Positions 1-8,068 of a DNA stretch of 32,000 nucleotides are shown here, piece after piece. The DNA comes from Planctopirus limnophila DSM 3776 (lineage in GTDB: Bacteria > Planctomycetota > Planctomycetia > Planctomycetales > Planctomycetaceae), in NCBI RefSeq assembly GCF_000092105.1, contig NC_014148.1, positions 5,130,001 to 5,162,000 of the forward strand, given 5' to 3'. The notes beneath the pieces are model-generated. The model was not told where the DNA came from. It saw only the letters and a program-made list of their open reading frames with translations, and did no database searches. Made by a program: the position numbers and the translations under genes. Each line of letters opens with the position of its first letter. Position 1 is the stretch's first letter.

Positions 1-725
1 TTGAGCCATTGCTCCCAGGTCTTCTCAGGATCAGGCCAGTCGAGCTTGCTGAAGACCACAATCACGCTTTTCTTCTGGCGGGCTGCTTCTCGAAAAAACA
101 TTTTGACGGCTGCGTCGTTGTACTTCTGATCGGTCAGGACACCAATCAAGACATCGCTCGCTTGACAGATCATCGAAGCCCGATGCAGATTCTCCGTCAC
201 CACGCTGTCGATATCCGGCGTATCGAGCAGCAGAAGATTAGCGGGAAGGTGATTGCCAATCGTTGTGAACAGCAGATTGTCCGCATCGCCGAACCGCTGT
301 GGGTTGGACTGGGCGGTACTGACTGTCAGCCGCTCTTGTTGCACCATCCGATTCTCAGGAAGAGCGGCCACCAGGAAGCCAGGAAAGATGGCGTTCAACG
401 AAGCCGACTTAGCAAAATGAGTCGGCACCAGGCAGACCGGATACCGCGTAAATCCCGCATGAGGATTTGCTTCGCCAATCGCTTCGCCCGCCAGATGATT
501 GAAAATGGTGGTTTTGCCGGTATTCGTCCCTCCCACAATCGACACCACCAAAAATGGTTCGCCGGTCAATTGTGGCAATAGTTTATTGCTCAACAGCCCA
601 TACCATTCCGATTGTTGATACTGGTCGTCCGTTTCCAGCCGTTCGCGAGCGGCCTCTGCCACTGTTTCCAGTTGAATCGCAAAGACTCTCAGCTTCTCGC
701 TCAGCGGTTGAAGTTCCAAACCCAT
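1..725 (-). CDS. P-loop GTPase, dynamin-like/YfjP-like (N-terminal 241 codons; gene runs off the window start)
   Basis: Absent from the ORF track because it has no stop inside the window. Manual minus-strand translation from ATG 725-723 gives MGLELQPLSEKLRVFAIQLETV...GEPFLVVSIVGGTNTGKTTIFNHLAG (G1/Walker A), LLLLDTPDIDS (G3-like) and VIVVFSKLDW (G4-like xKxD). The frame stays open down to nt 1. The + strand ORFs 9..581 and 554..763 are its antisense shadows. Confidence 0.7.
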   Translation of the reverse strand, partial: MGLELQPLSEKLRVFAIQLETVAEAARERLETDDQYQQSEWYGLLSNKLLPQLTGEPFLVVSIVGGTNTGKTTIFNHLAGEAIGEANPHAGFTRYPVCLVPTHFAKSASLNAIFPGFLVAALPENRMVQQERLTVSTAQSNPQRFGDADNLLFTTIGNHLPANLLLLDTPDIDSVVTENLHRASMICQASDVLIGVLTDQKYNDAAVKMFFREAARQKKSVIVVFSKLDWPDPEKTWEQWL

Positions 726-1179
726 GTCGATCCCGGAAATCGATGTCTGTTAATCGTTTCTGATGGGAGGCAGCTTCTCCCCAGTCATTAGATCTTCCCC
801 AGAGACTCGATTCTGAACCATTCTCCGCTCAATTCCAAGTTGTCATCTTCTCGTACACCTGTCGAACCAGCTCCCCCAGGACACTGACGATGTGGCACAG
901 CACTTCCTTCAGGAAAGTCTTCCCAACCCGCAAGCTTTACCTGTTGGGCCAAACTTGCCTTGTTCGCGTGTTGGTCAGTCAATGAAAAGTCTCTTCGAGA
1001 ATTCATCAGGTTGTTTCAAGTCTTTCTCATGACGAGTTACTTCTGAGGTTAAATTTTTGAATGTGACCAGGCACGCAGATGCTGTCTTCGGTTTTGAGTC
1101 ACAATGAGCAGTGAGTGGTTCTGTCTCGTTCCTGTTCATGAGATTCGGATGATCAATCGATTGAGGAATCGGTGAGGCT

Positions 1180-3030
1180 ATGCCATACGACGAGTTTCTG
1201 ACATCACTCATTCAGCAGGCGATGATGGAACTCCAGTCCCTTGTCCATCGGCGATTCCTGCACAGACAGACTCTCTGGGGGCTTGTCACGCCGCTGGTTT
1301 GTCTGGGTCTGTCGAACACCAGTCTGGCTCAGTATGAAATGGGTCCTCCTGCCAAAGGTGCTGGTCCCCATCACGCAGCTCAATACGGAACTGGCCCGTC
1401 GAGGGGTAACCCTTCTGCTCGACCTCCAGCGGCGGGATATTCTTATCAGGCGTGGCCTTATCGACAGTCTGCCCCTGCGATGCCTCCGCAGGGAAATCCC
1501 ACAGCACCTCAACGGGGTCTGTATCAGATCCAACCCCCTCCGGTGGATAGATCATCAAACCAGCCACCCTTCAATCAGCACTCCTCAGGAGCGAATTCAC
1601 GTCAACCAGGTGGCTATCAAATGGGTGGCTACCCACAGAACTCCTATGGGCCGGGCAACACTCCACCGGGGGCCTACGTTCATCCGCCTGCTGATCGAAG
1701 AAACACGCCGGGCTCGGCTGGATTACTGGGGCCTGGCCAATCTTCCAATCGTGATCTGCCCAGTCAACCGGCTGCAGCCGGAGCGACGTTGACACCCAAG
1801 TCGATGCGGGAACTTGATCCCAGGACTCATTCCCGACCGGCTGGATCACTGTCACCTTTTGGCAAGCCTTCGTCTGAGCCGCAAGAACCAGCGAATCCTG
1901 AGTTAGCCTTTCCCCAGGCAGCGCTGCAAGTGCAGCCCGTCATCAGTCAACTGGGGAGTCAGGGAACTTTACTCGTGCAGGTGCGGAATACAGGCGTGGC
2001 TGCAGCCACAGGCCTGACACTGGAATTGGAATCAACATCGGCCTTACCCCTTGGCCATCAGGAAGGGACCGATAATCATCTGGCAGCATATCGGCTGACT
2101 TCTCAAAACAGTCGCAGTTTTCATGTCCCTGTGAATCAATTGGCATTTGGGGAATCGAGAGAGATCGCCATTCCAATGACGGCGAAAACTCTAGGAGATC
2201 ATGTTGTTCGTTGCCGGGTGATGGCTGGTCAACAGGCACTTGATGAAGTCTCCAGTACCGTGCGGATTATTCCCCGTCATCTCGAATTTGAGCTGGTGGC
2301 CAGCTATCATCGCCAGATCAATTCTCCATTGGGAAGTACCATTCGCGTCAAGAATGTGACTTCGCAGCCCATCTCGAAAGTGGCCGTCCGACTCGCTTTT
2401 GACGATGCCCTCGAAGCCACTCGTCTCGGGGCGGCCACAGTCGTCGAACCTGGCCTGATCGAATGGCAGATTGAAGCTCTCCAACCGGGTGAAGTGGCCT
2501 GGTTGCCTATGGAATTCACAGGCCGTCGTCCATCCCAGGAAAGCTGCTTGCGGGCAACTCTCAGTCGCAACGAAATCCCGCTGGATCAACTTGATCATCC
2601 TGTCTCGCTCGCGGATGACCGATTGCCTGTCACTCTCGATATTCTGGATCGTCAGGAACCTTCATCGGTCGAAAGCCAGCGTTCGGTGATCGTTGTGGTT
2701 CGCAATCACGGGTTTGATCCCTGTCAGCCCGTCGTCGGGATGCAACTTCCGGCAGGCTGGAAGCTCGCCAGTGTCACCGATCCTAAAGCTGGCAGGAACT
2801 GGCAGGTGCGATCAAAAGCCGGTGAATTGCTGCTCTTCCCTTCCGCCACAGTCGATGCGGGAGAAGCTGCTGTGATTGGATTAGAACTTATCCCACAATC
2901 GGCAGGAAATGGCACGCTGATCGGCCGGCTCTACTCCAATGCTCGTGCAGTGCTTAATCAACCTGCAGGATCGGTCCTGCCCGATCTGGAAGTCGAAGAA
3001 CAACTCGCAATTCACGCAGGCTCTCAGTGA
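1180..3030 (+). CDS. secreted repeat protein: signal peptide, ~200-aa Pro/Gln/Gly/Tyr-rich low-complexity region, three DUF11/CARDB-like repeats
   Basis: 616-aa ORF with hydrophobic h-region LWGLVTPLVCLGLSNTSLAQ. Three recurring blocks are typical of DUF11/CARDB beta-sandwich repeats: LLVQVRNTGVAAATGLTLELE, IRVKNVTSQPISKVAVRLAF and VIVVVRNHGFDPCQPVVGMQLPAGWKL. The start could instead be the in-frame ATG pair at 1222/1225. Confidence 0.6.
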   Translation: MPYDEFLTSLIQQAMMELQSLVHRRFLHRQTLWGLVTPLVCLGLSNTSLAQYEMGPPAKGAGPHHAAQYGTGPSRGNPSARPPAAGYSYQAWPYRQSAPAMPPQGNPTAPQRGLYQIQPPPVDRSSNQPPFNQHSSGANSRQPGGYQMGGYPQNSYGPGNTPPGAYVHPPADRRNTPGSAGLLGPGQSSNRDLPSQPAAAGATLTPKSMRELDPRTHSRPAGSLSPFGKPSSEPQEPANPELAFPQAALQVQPVISQLGSQGTLLVQVRNTGVAAATGLTLELESTSALPLGHQEGTDNHLAAYRLTSQNSRSFHVPVNQLAFGESREIAIPMTAKTLGDHVVRCRVMAGQQALDEVSSTVRIIPRHLEFELVASYHRQINSPLGSTIRVKNVTSQPISKVAVRLAFDDALEATRLGAATVVEPGLIEWQIEALQPGEVAWLPMEFTGRRPSQESCLRATLSRNEIPLDQLDHPVSLADDRLPVTLDILDRQEPSSVESQRSVIVVVRNHGFDPCQPVVGMQLPAGWKLASVTDPKAGRNWQVRSKAGELLLFPSATVDAGEAAVIGLELIPQSAGNGTLIGRLYSNARAVLNQPAGSVLPDLEVEEQLAIHAGSQ

Positions 3031-3061
3031 GAAGAACTGGCTCTTCGAAAGGCTCTGCGGT

Positions 3062-4465
3062 TCAAGGATTATCGGAAGAACTCTCGTCGGTACCGCTGCC
3101 ACTTTTTTTACCAGGCGATGACCCCCAGCGGGGTTTCTCGAGAGTGGATTCCCACTTGCGGTAGAGTGCTTCGAGCTGTTGAAGTTCGTCGGGGTGTGTC
3201 GCAGCCAGGTTTCGCTGCTCGTCAGGATCACTTGAGAGATCAAATAACTCAACTTGATCACCCTGGTCATCGTTGCCCGAGACGGCTTTCAAGTTTCCCT
3301 GTCGAATCGCCCATCGTTTTCCAGACTTCCAATACAGTGGTCGATCGACCAGTCGTTGGGTTTTGCCCGTCATTCTGGGAATCAGGCTGATGCCATCCAG
3401 CTTCTCAGGATCGAACGGGATCTTCTTCAGTTCAGCATCACCAAGACCAGCCACATCGAGGATGGTGGGAAAGAGATCGAGAGCAATCACAGGCTCATCG
3501 ATCACTTGACCGGAAGGAATCTTCGCAGGGTATTGAACGAGAAAAGGAATTCTTGTGCCTCCTTCCCAGGTTGAGCCTTTTTTCCCGTGTAGCGAACCAT
3601 TGTCGTGCCCGCCTGCTCCGCCATTATCGTTGATAAAGATCACCAGAGTATCTTTCGACAGGCCGCACTCCTTCAGGGCATCCAGAACTTTTCCGACAGC
3701 GCGATCGAGAGCGATGGTCATCGCATAAATCTTGTTGCCATCAGCCGCCTGCAAATCGACTGCCGTGGCATCGTTGGGGCTATGAGTCGCATTGAATGCC
3801 AGGTACATCATCCACGGTTGAGACTGCCACTGTTTGATATAGGCAATGGCCTCATCGGCCAGATGATCTGTCATGTAGCCGAATTGTTCCTCAGGGATCG
3901 CAGTCCGATCGCGCAGCATCTGATTCAAACGAGTTGGTTTCTTGAGAGGGAAATAGCTTCGCGAGCCCTGCAGAAATCCGTAGTAATCAGTAAAGCCCCG
4001 TTCCATGGGATGAAACTGTGGGGCATAGCCCAGGTGCCATTTCCCGAGTGCAATCGTTCGATAGCCATCTTCCTTGAGAAGTTGAGGGAGCAAAGTTTCT
4101 GATCGTGGGAGGCCGTTTGTCTCGCTATATGCTGGTGGGATATTGAACTCATGCCCAAATCGCTGTTGATACCGTCCTGCCAATAACCCCGCTCGCGATG
4201 GACTGCAGACACATCCCGAGACATATCCCTGTCGAAAATGGACACCGTTCTTGCCAATCGAATCAATGTGCGGGGTCTTGTAACGGGGATGACCTTGAAT
4301 CGAAAACTCGGCATGTCCGCAGTCATCAGAGAGTATCAATAAAATGTTGGGGCGACGTTCGCTGGTTGTTTCTGTTGTGGCCCTCTGAGCCAAAGCCAGT
4401 TGACTGGTGAATTGAAACGCCAGAATCAGCACCAACCACAGTCTCATAATGGAAGATCTTCTCAT
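3062..4465 (-). CDS. formylglycine-dependent sulfatase (arylsulfatase family), secreted
   Basis: 467-aa ORF with signal peptide MRLWLVLILAFQFTSQLALAQ. It has the LLILSDDCGH metal-site block, CSPSRAGLLAGR (C-x-P-x-R FGly motif), and the GKWHLGY and NDNGG blocks typical of type I sulfatases. Confidence 0.9.
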   Translation of the reverse strand: MRRSSIMRLWLVLILAFQFTSQLALAQRATTETTSERRPNILLILSDDCGHAEFSIQGHPRYKTPHIDSIGKNGVHFRQGYVSGCVCSPSRAGLLAGRYQQRFGHEFNIPPAYSETNGLPRSETLLPQLLKEDGYRTIALGKWHLGYAPQFHPMERGFTDYYGFLQGSRSYFPLKKPTRLNQMLRDRTAIPEEQFGYMTDHLADEAIAYIKQWQSQPWMMYLAFNATHSPNDATAVDLQAADGNKIYAMTIALDRAVGKVLDALKECGLSKDTLVIFINDNGGAGGHDNGSLHGKKGSTWEGGTRIPFLVQYPAKIPSGQVIDEPVIALDLFPTILDVAGLGDAELKKIPFDPEKLDGISLIPRMTGKTQRLVDRPLYWKSGKRWAIRQGNLKAVSGNDDQGDQVELFDLSSDPDEQRNLAATHPDELQQLEALYRKWESTLEKPRWGSSPGKKSGSGTDESSSDNP

Positions 4466-4646
4466 CAGTTCTCTGCAGTCTTTTTAAGCGGCCCTGGTTT
4501 GTTCCATGAAACATTACGGTTGAGAATCAACGCCTGATCACAAAAAAACTACAGCCAATGTGGTTGTGTATCAATGGGATAGACAAAACACACAGCGATT
4601 TGCGGTGTTGACCGATCCGAACCAAAGCAGGTCTCTTGTCAGGCAA

Positions 4647-6410
4647 TTAAACCGCATGCCGCTGGCGGTAGTACTTCAGGCCGGGGGCGAAGAAGCTCCA
4701 GGCGACGACGATGCCGTAAATCGTTAAGTCAAGATCCCAGTCTGTCCAGGCTTTCATACCCGCCATCACAAAGGCGGTGGCGTAAAGCACCAGTGCCTGC
4801 ACATAGAACTTGCCCGAGAGCACCCCGGCTTTAATCAGAAAGACCGCACCTGCCAAAAGTGCCAGCACCGGCGAAAGGGTCAGCACTGGGAGGTTCATCA
4901 TCCATTCGATGAAGAACAAGAGCGTACTGCAGATCGTGCTCGCCGCCCAGACATGCGCAATCTGCCGCTCGACAAACGTGATCGGCCCGGAGCGTCGGCG
5001 CAATTCCCAGAAGATGAAGGCCCAGATTCCCACACCCACAGACCACAAAGCGACATAAGGCAATCGCGAAACCACGCCTTGCCAGTGCATCAAGTTCGTG
5101 ATCAGGCACAATTGCAACACCACAAAGCTGTGCCACATCCAGAGCAGACCCCAGTTCTCCAGCACCTGGGCATGATGCGTTTCGCGAAACGCGCGGGTAA
5201 TGACCTGCGTAAAATGCGAAGACCTCGCTGCAATCGGTTCATTATGCAGGTAGGCCTCGAGATCATCTGCCATCGCATCGGGAGTGGCATACCGCAGATC
5301 GGCCGGCTTCTGCAGGCATTTGAGGGCAATCATTTCCAGATCGGAATCCGCCTTCGGGTTCAGCATCCGCGGCGGTACCGGGTCTTGTTCCAGCACCAGC
5401 AGGATCGTGTCCACAGGCGAAGAAGCCTGAAATGGCGGCCTGCCAGTAAGCAGCGCATAGAGGACAGCCCCCAGACTGTAAACATCGGTCAATGTACTCA
5501 CTTCACCACGCTGGCCAGCAGCCTGCTCCGGAGCCATATACCCGGGAGTTCCTAAAATGGCACCACTTTGCGTCAATGTGGCCGACGCTTTGGGATCATC
5601 ACTTTCCATGGAGAATCGTTTGGCCAGCCCGAAATCACTCACATAAGGTGTCCCATCGACTTCAATGAGAATATTCGAAGGTTTCAAATCGCGGTGCAGA
5701 ACACCTCGTCGATGAGCATCACCAATCGCGCGGCAGATAGGCAGCATGATCTCGGCGGCTTCCCGATTCGGGATCGGGCCATCGATTATCCGTCTGGCCA
5801 GCGTTGTGCCTTCAATCAGCTTCATACTGAAATAAGGGCGGTTCTCGAACGTACCCACTTCATAAACCGGGACGATATGCGGATGATCGAGACGGGCTGC
5901 CGATTCGGCCTCTGAGCGAAAGCGGGCAATATCGATGCTCGAGGCTAATCGCCCCTGCAGAATCATCTTCAGTGCCACAATCCGGTCGAGCGACTTCTGC
6001 CTCGCCCGGTAGACCACACCCATGCCACCCCGGCCTAATTCGTCGAGAAGCACATAATCATCGACTTCACGCGAACGGAGAGGGGCATCACCTCGCTCGA
6101 CATCAGGAGTATCCTTCCAGAGATGTCGCCATGTGGAGTCAGTCCTGACTTTCTCGACGGTACGAGAATTCCTTTCGCTGCTTTCAACGCCAGATTCACC
6201 AGCAAAGCTTGCATGAGAACTGGCCGCCAGGCCCTCCGTCATCAGGATTGTTCCCCAGAGCATTCTCAATTCGCCGGCTAAGCGCGGATACTGGCGACAA
6301 ACAACCTCCAGATCGACCGATCCCCCTTCCTGCAACCGCCGGACGAGTTGATCAGCCACTTCCGCCAGTTGAGCTTCTTCATCGGATGAAAGCGAAGGAA
6401 TTGTGGACAT
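4647..6410 (-). CDS. Ser/Thr protein kinase (Hanks type) with C-terminal polytopic membrane domain
   Basis: Kinase motifs: GRGGMGVVYRA (Gly loop), VALKMI (Lys), HRDLKPSNIL (catalytic loop), DFGLAK and GTPGYMAPE. The last ~200 aa contain about six hydrophobic helices (LLWMWHSFVVLQLCLITNL, VALWSVGVGIWAFIFW, etc.). ATG start at 6410. Confidence 0.9.
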   Translation of the reverse strand: MSTIPSLSSDEEAQLAEVADQLVRRLQEGGSVDLEVVCRQYPRLAGELRMLWGTILMTEGLAASSHASFAGESGVESSERNSRTVEKVRTDSTWRHLWKDTPDVERGDAPLRSREVDDYVLLDELGRGGMGVVYRARQKSLDRIVALKMILQGRLASSIDIARFRSEAESAARLDHPHIVPVYEVGTFENRPYFSMKLIEGTTLARRIIDGPIPNREAAEIMLPICRAIGDAHRRGVLHRDLKPSNILIEVDGTPYVSDFGLAKRFSMESDDPKASATLTQSGAILGTPGYMAPEQAAGQRGEVSTLTDVYSLGAVLYALLTGRPPFQASSPVDTILLVLEQDPVPPRMLNPKADSDLEMIALKCLQKPADLRYATPDAMADDLEAYLHNEPIAARSSHFTQVITRAFRETHHAQVLENWGLLWMWHSFVVLQLCLITNLMHWQGVVSRLPYVALWSVGVGIWAFIFWELRRRSGPITFVERQIAHVWAASTICSTLLFFIEWMMNLPVLTLSPVLALLAGAVFLIKAGVLSGKFYVQALVLYATAFVMAGMKAWTDWDLDLTIYGIVVAWSFFAPGLKYYRQRHAV

Positions 6411-6461
6411 GCCAATACTCGCTACGAAATTTCACAACTACTGCCACTTCAGCTCAGTTTG

Positions 6462-6959
6462 TCATGCGAACTGTTGTTTAGCATTCGCATAACGCATTAT
6501 GAATCCAAATAAGGTTCCACTGATGGCAGGCAAAAAAAGTGGCAAGAGCATCCACCACGCTAGTCCTTGTACTCCCATCGTATGGCGACTGAGTTCCCAC
6601 AACATGTAAATTCTTGCCATCCCTCCCGTCAGAATGGTGATCAGCAAGCCCAACATCAACGTTCGCCACGAAAGAGACCACGCGGCCAGGATCGTGCTGA
6701 CTAATCCTCCGGCAGCCGATGGAATCAAGCCCAAAATCGTGACGTCAACAATCCAGCTATACCAGACGGATGGATCCCAGTTCACTCGCACCAAAGTAAG
6801 GACATAATTCCGTGTAAAGTACCACGCCTGATATGTCACGATCACACCCAAAACAATCGCTGCGACAGCCAGTACCAACGTTCTCAGCCACCACCAGAAG
6901 TTCATCGTCCTGATCCCCGGTAGAATGACTGGTCGTGTTGCCTCTGCTGATGACGGCAC
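6462..6959 (-). CDS. small integral membrane protein (4-5 TM), function unknown
   Basis: The ORF sits 3 nt after the methyltransferase stop. The longest start is GTG 6959. The in-frame ATG at 6905 (MNFWWWLRTLVLAVAAIVLGVIV...) is an equally good start. The protein is strongly hydrophobic throughout and has no recognisable motif. Confidence 0.55.
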   Translation of the reverse strand: MPSSAEATRPVILPGIRTMNFWWWLRTLVLAVAAIVLGVIVTYQAWYFTRNYVLTLVRVNWDPSVWYSWIVDVTILGLIPSAAGGLVSTILAAWSLSWRTLMLGLLITILTGGMARIYMLWELSRHTMGVQGLAWWMLLPLFLPAISGTLFGFIMRYANAKQQFA

Positions 6960-6962
6960 GAT

Positions 6963-7775
6963 TCAGACCAACGGCTTACGACCGACATAGACATAATGCG
7001 GTGCTCTGACAAACGGCATGTAAGGCACTTTGCCACGCCGCTCGCTGAGGACGACTGTCTCCAGATGGCTTTGCAGGTAGGGCAAATGATCGCCCGAAAG
7101 AAAGACATTGTCTGTCGCAAACCAGATCTGCCAGAAGTGACGGGTCGACCACGCATGACGCACATTGCCTTCGGGCGGATATTTACGGCTGACATAGAAA
7201 TCGACAATTCCCAGCACACCCCCTGGCTTCAGCATCCGAATGGCCTGGTCGACCGCTTTATGCCAATCCGGGATCATCGTCAGCGAGTACGAAAACGTCA
7301 CCACATCAGCTGTACCTTCTGGTGGCAAAAAGGTTGTGGCGTCGTGATGAATCGCCTTGACGTTCTGCCAGCCGCGCTGCTCAATGCGTGCCTGAGCGAC
7401 TTTGAGCAACGAACTGGAGAGATCGACCAGGTAGACGTTCGAAAACTCTTGAAGCCGCTCGCCCCAGTTCTCTGCGTTTTCTCCCGTTCCTGCGCCCAGA
7501 TCGACCCACACACCACCTGGAGGTGCCGGTAACTGGTCGAACAGATCCTTTTTGCCGTGCAGCAATCGTTTGCGGAAAGAGTCGTAGCCAGAGGCCTGAC
7601 CTTTATAAAAATCTTCGAGCCGCTCTTCGTGTGTCTGCCCGCGACCTTGCCGCACAATCATGTGCCAGAGGATTTTCATATCGCTCCAGAAGCTGCCGAA
7701 ATTCCTGGCAGAGACAGGCGATGTGGCATGGGATGGGGCGGTATTCACAGGTGAATTGGCAGGGGGAGTGGTCAT
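6963..7775 (-). CDS. class I SAM-dependent methyltransferase with ~90-aa C-terminal extension
   Basis: [14 protein letters not shown] (motif I GxGxG), VYLVDLS (acidic motif II) and [11 protein letters not shown] (post-II). ATG at 7775. The N-terminal [20 protein letters not shown] block and the C-terminal [17 protein letters not shown]...[18 protein letters not shown] tail remind me of BtaB-type lipid N-methyltransferases. That is memory only and is not a call. Confidence 0.8.
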   Translation of the reverse strand: MTTPPANSPVNTAPSHATSPVSARNFGSFWSDMKILWHMIVRQGRGQTHEERLEDFYKGQASGYDSFRKRLLHGKKDLFDQLPAPPGGVWVDLGAGTGENAENWGERLQEFSNVYLVDLSSSLLKVAQARIEQRGWQNVKAIHHDATTFLPPEGTADVVTFSYSLTMIPDWHKAVDQAIRMLKPGGVLGIVDFYVSRKYPPEGNVRHAWSTRHFWQIWFATDNVFLSGDHLPYLQSHLETVVLSERRGKVPYMPFVRAPHYVYVGRKPLV

Positions 7776-7821
7776 AGATTTCTCAGGCTTTTGTTATCAA
7801 GCAGCATGGCTCGATGGCATC

Positions 7822-7855
7822 TGGCAAGTGGTGACTGTTGGCAAGTGGTGACTGG
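7822..7855. repeat. perfect tandem direct repeat, 2 x 17 nt (TGGCAAGTGGTGACTG + 1 nt)
   Basis: TGGCAAGTGGTGACTG occupies 7822-7837 and again 7839-7854. The pair is flanked by ATGGCA (7814-7819) and TGCCAT (7857-7862). It lies 47-80 nt upstream of the methyltransferase ATG (7775, minus strand). Confidence 0.85.
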
Positions 7856-7859
7856 GTGC

Positions 7860-7885
7860 CATGCTTGCGGCTCTGAGCAAGCATG
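7860..7885. other. perfect 9-bp stem / 8-nt loop hairpin (CATGCTTGC-GGCTCTGA-GCAAGCATG)
   Basis: Read directly from the sequence. It lies ~185 nt downstream of the VWA gene stop (8069, minus) and directly abuts the tandem repeat. There is no U-tract on either strand, so a terminator role is uncertain. Confidence 0.35.
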
Positions 7886-8068
7886 TCTTCAAGGTTGTTA
7901 TTGCTTCATTTCCTATTGTGATCAACGGAGTGGCTTCAGACGATCAACCACCTGGCAAATGATCTCATCCGCCTAGTTTCAACTGCAGACATCATCCCTG
8001 CAACTGGACGGAAAGATTTCACACTGGTTGAGGAGACTCCCTTGATGGAACAGTTTTGCGGGGAGGGA

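Noticed and set aside
9-763. ORF-track + strand ORFs 9..581 (190 aa) and 554..763 (69 aa)
   Set aside because: They lie antisense to a minus-strand frame with clear GTPase motifs. Their products are Arg/His-rich with no motifs, as expected for shadow ORFs.
788-1211. Small minus-strand ORFs 788..1006 and 975..1211 upstream of the GTPase
   Set aside because: They show no motifs, no convincing start context and odd composition. They lie in the divergent promoter region. I cannot support them as genes.
4953-5555. Long alternative-frame ORFs inside well-supported genes (e.g. 4953..5555, 11496..12101, 13227..13910, 19541..20116, 21189..21854, 30042..30566)
   Set aside because: Each is fully overlapped by a gene with strong family motifs on the other strand or frame. 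Their translations are Arg/Pro/Ser-rich and low in information, which is typical of mid-50s-GC shadow ORFs.
6963-7775. Naming the methyltransferase BtaB (betaine-lipid synthesis)
   Set aside because: The resemblance is from memory only, and no BtaA/DUF3419-like partner gene is present. It is kept as a hypothesis in the findings, not as an annotation.
7822-7855. Tandem repeats at 7822 and 18688 as a possible mini-CRISPR or minisatellite
   Set aside because: Each has only two contiguous units with no spacers. They are far too short for CRISPR repeats, and no cas genes are in the window.
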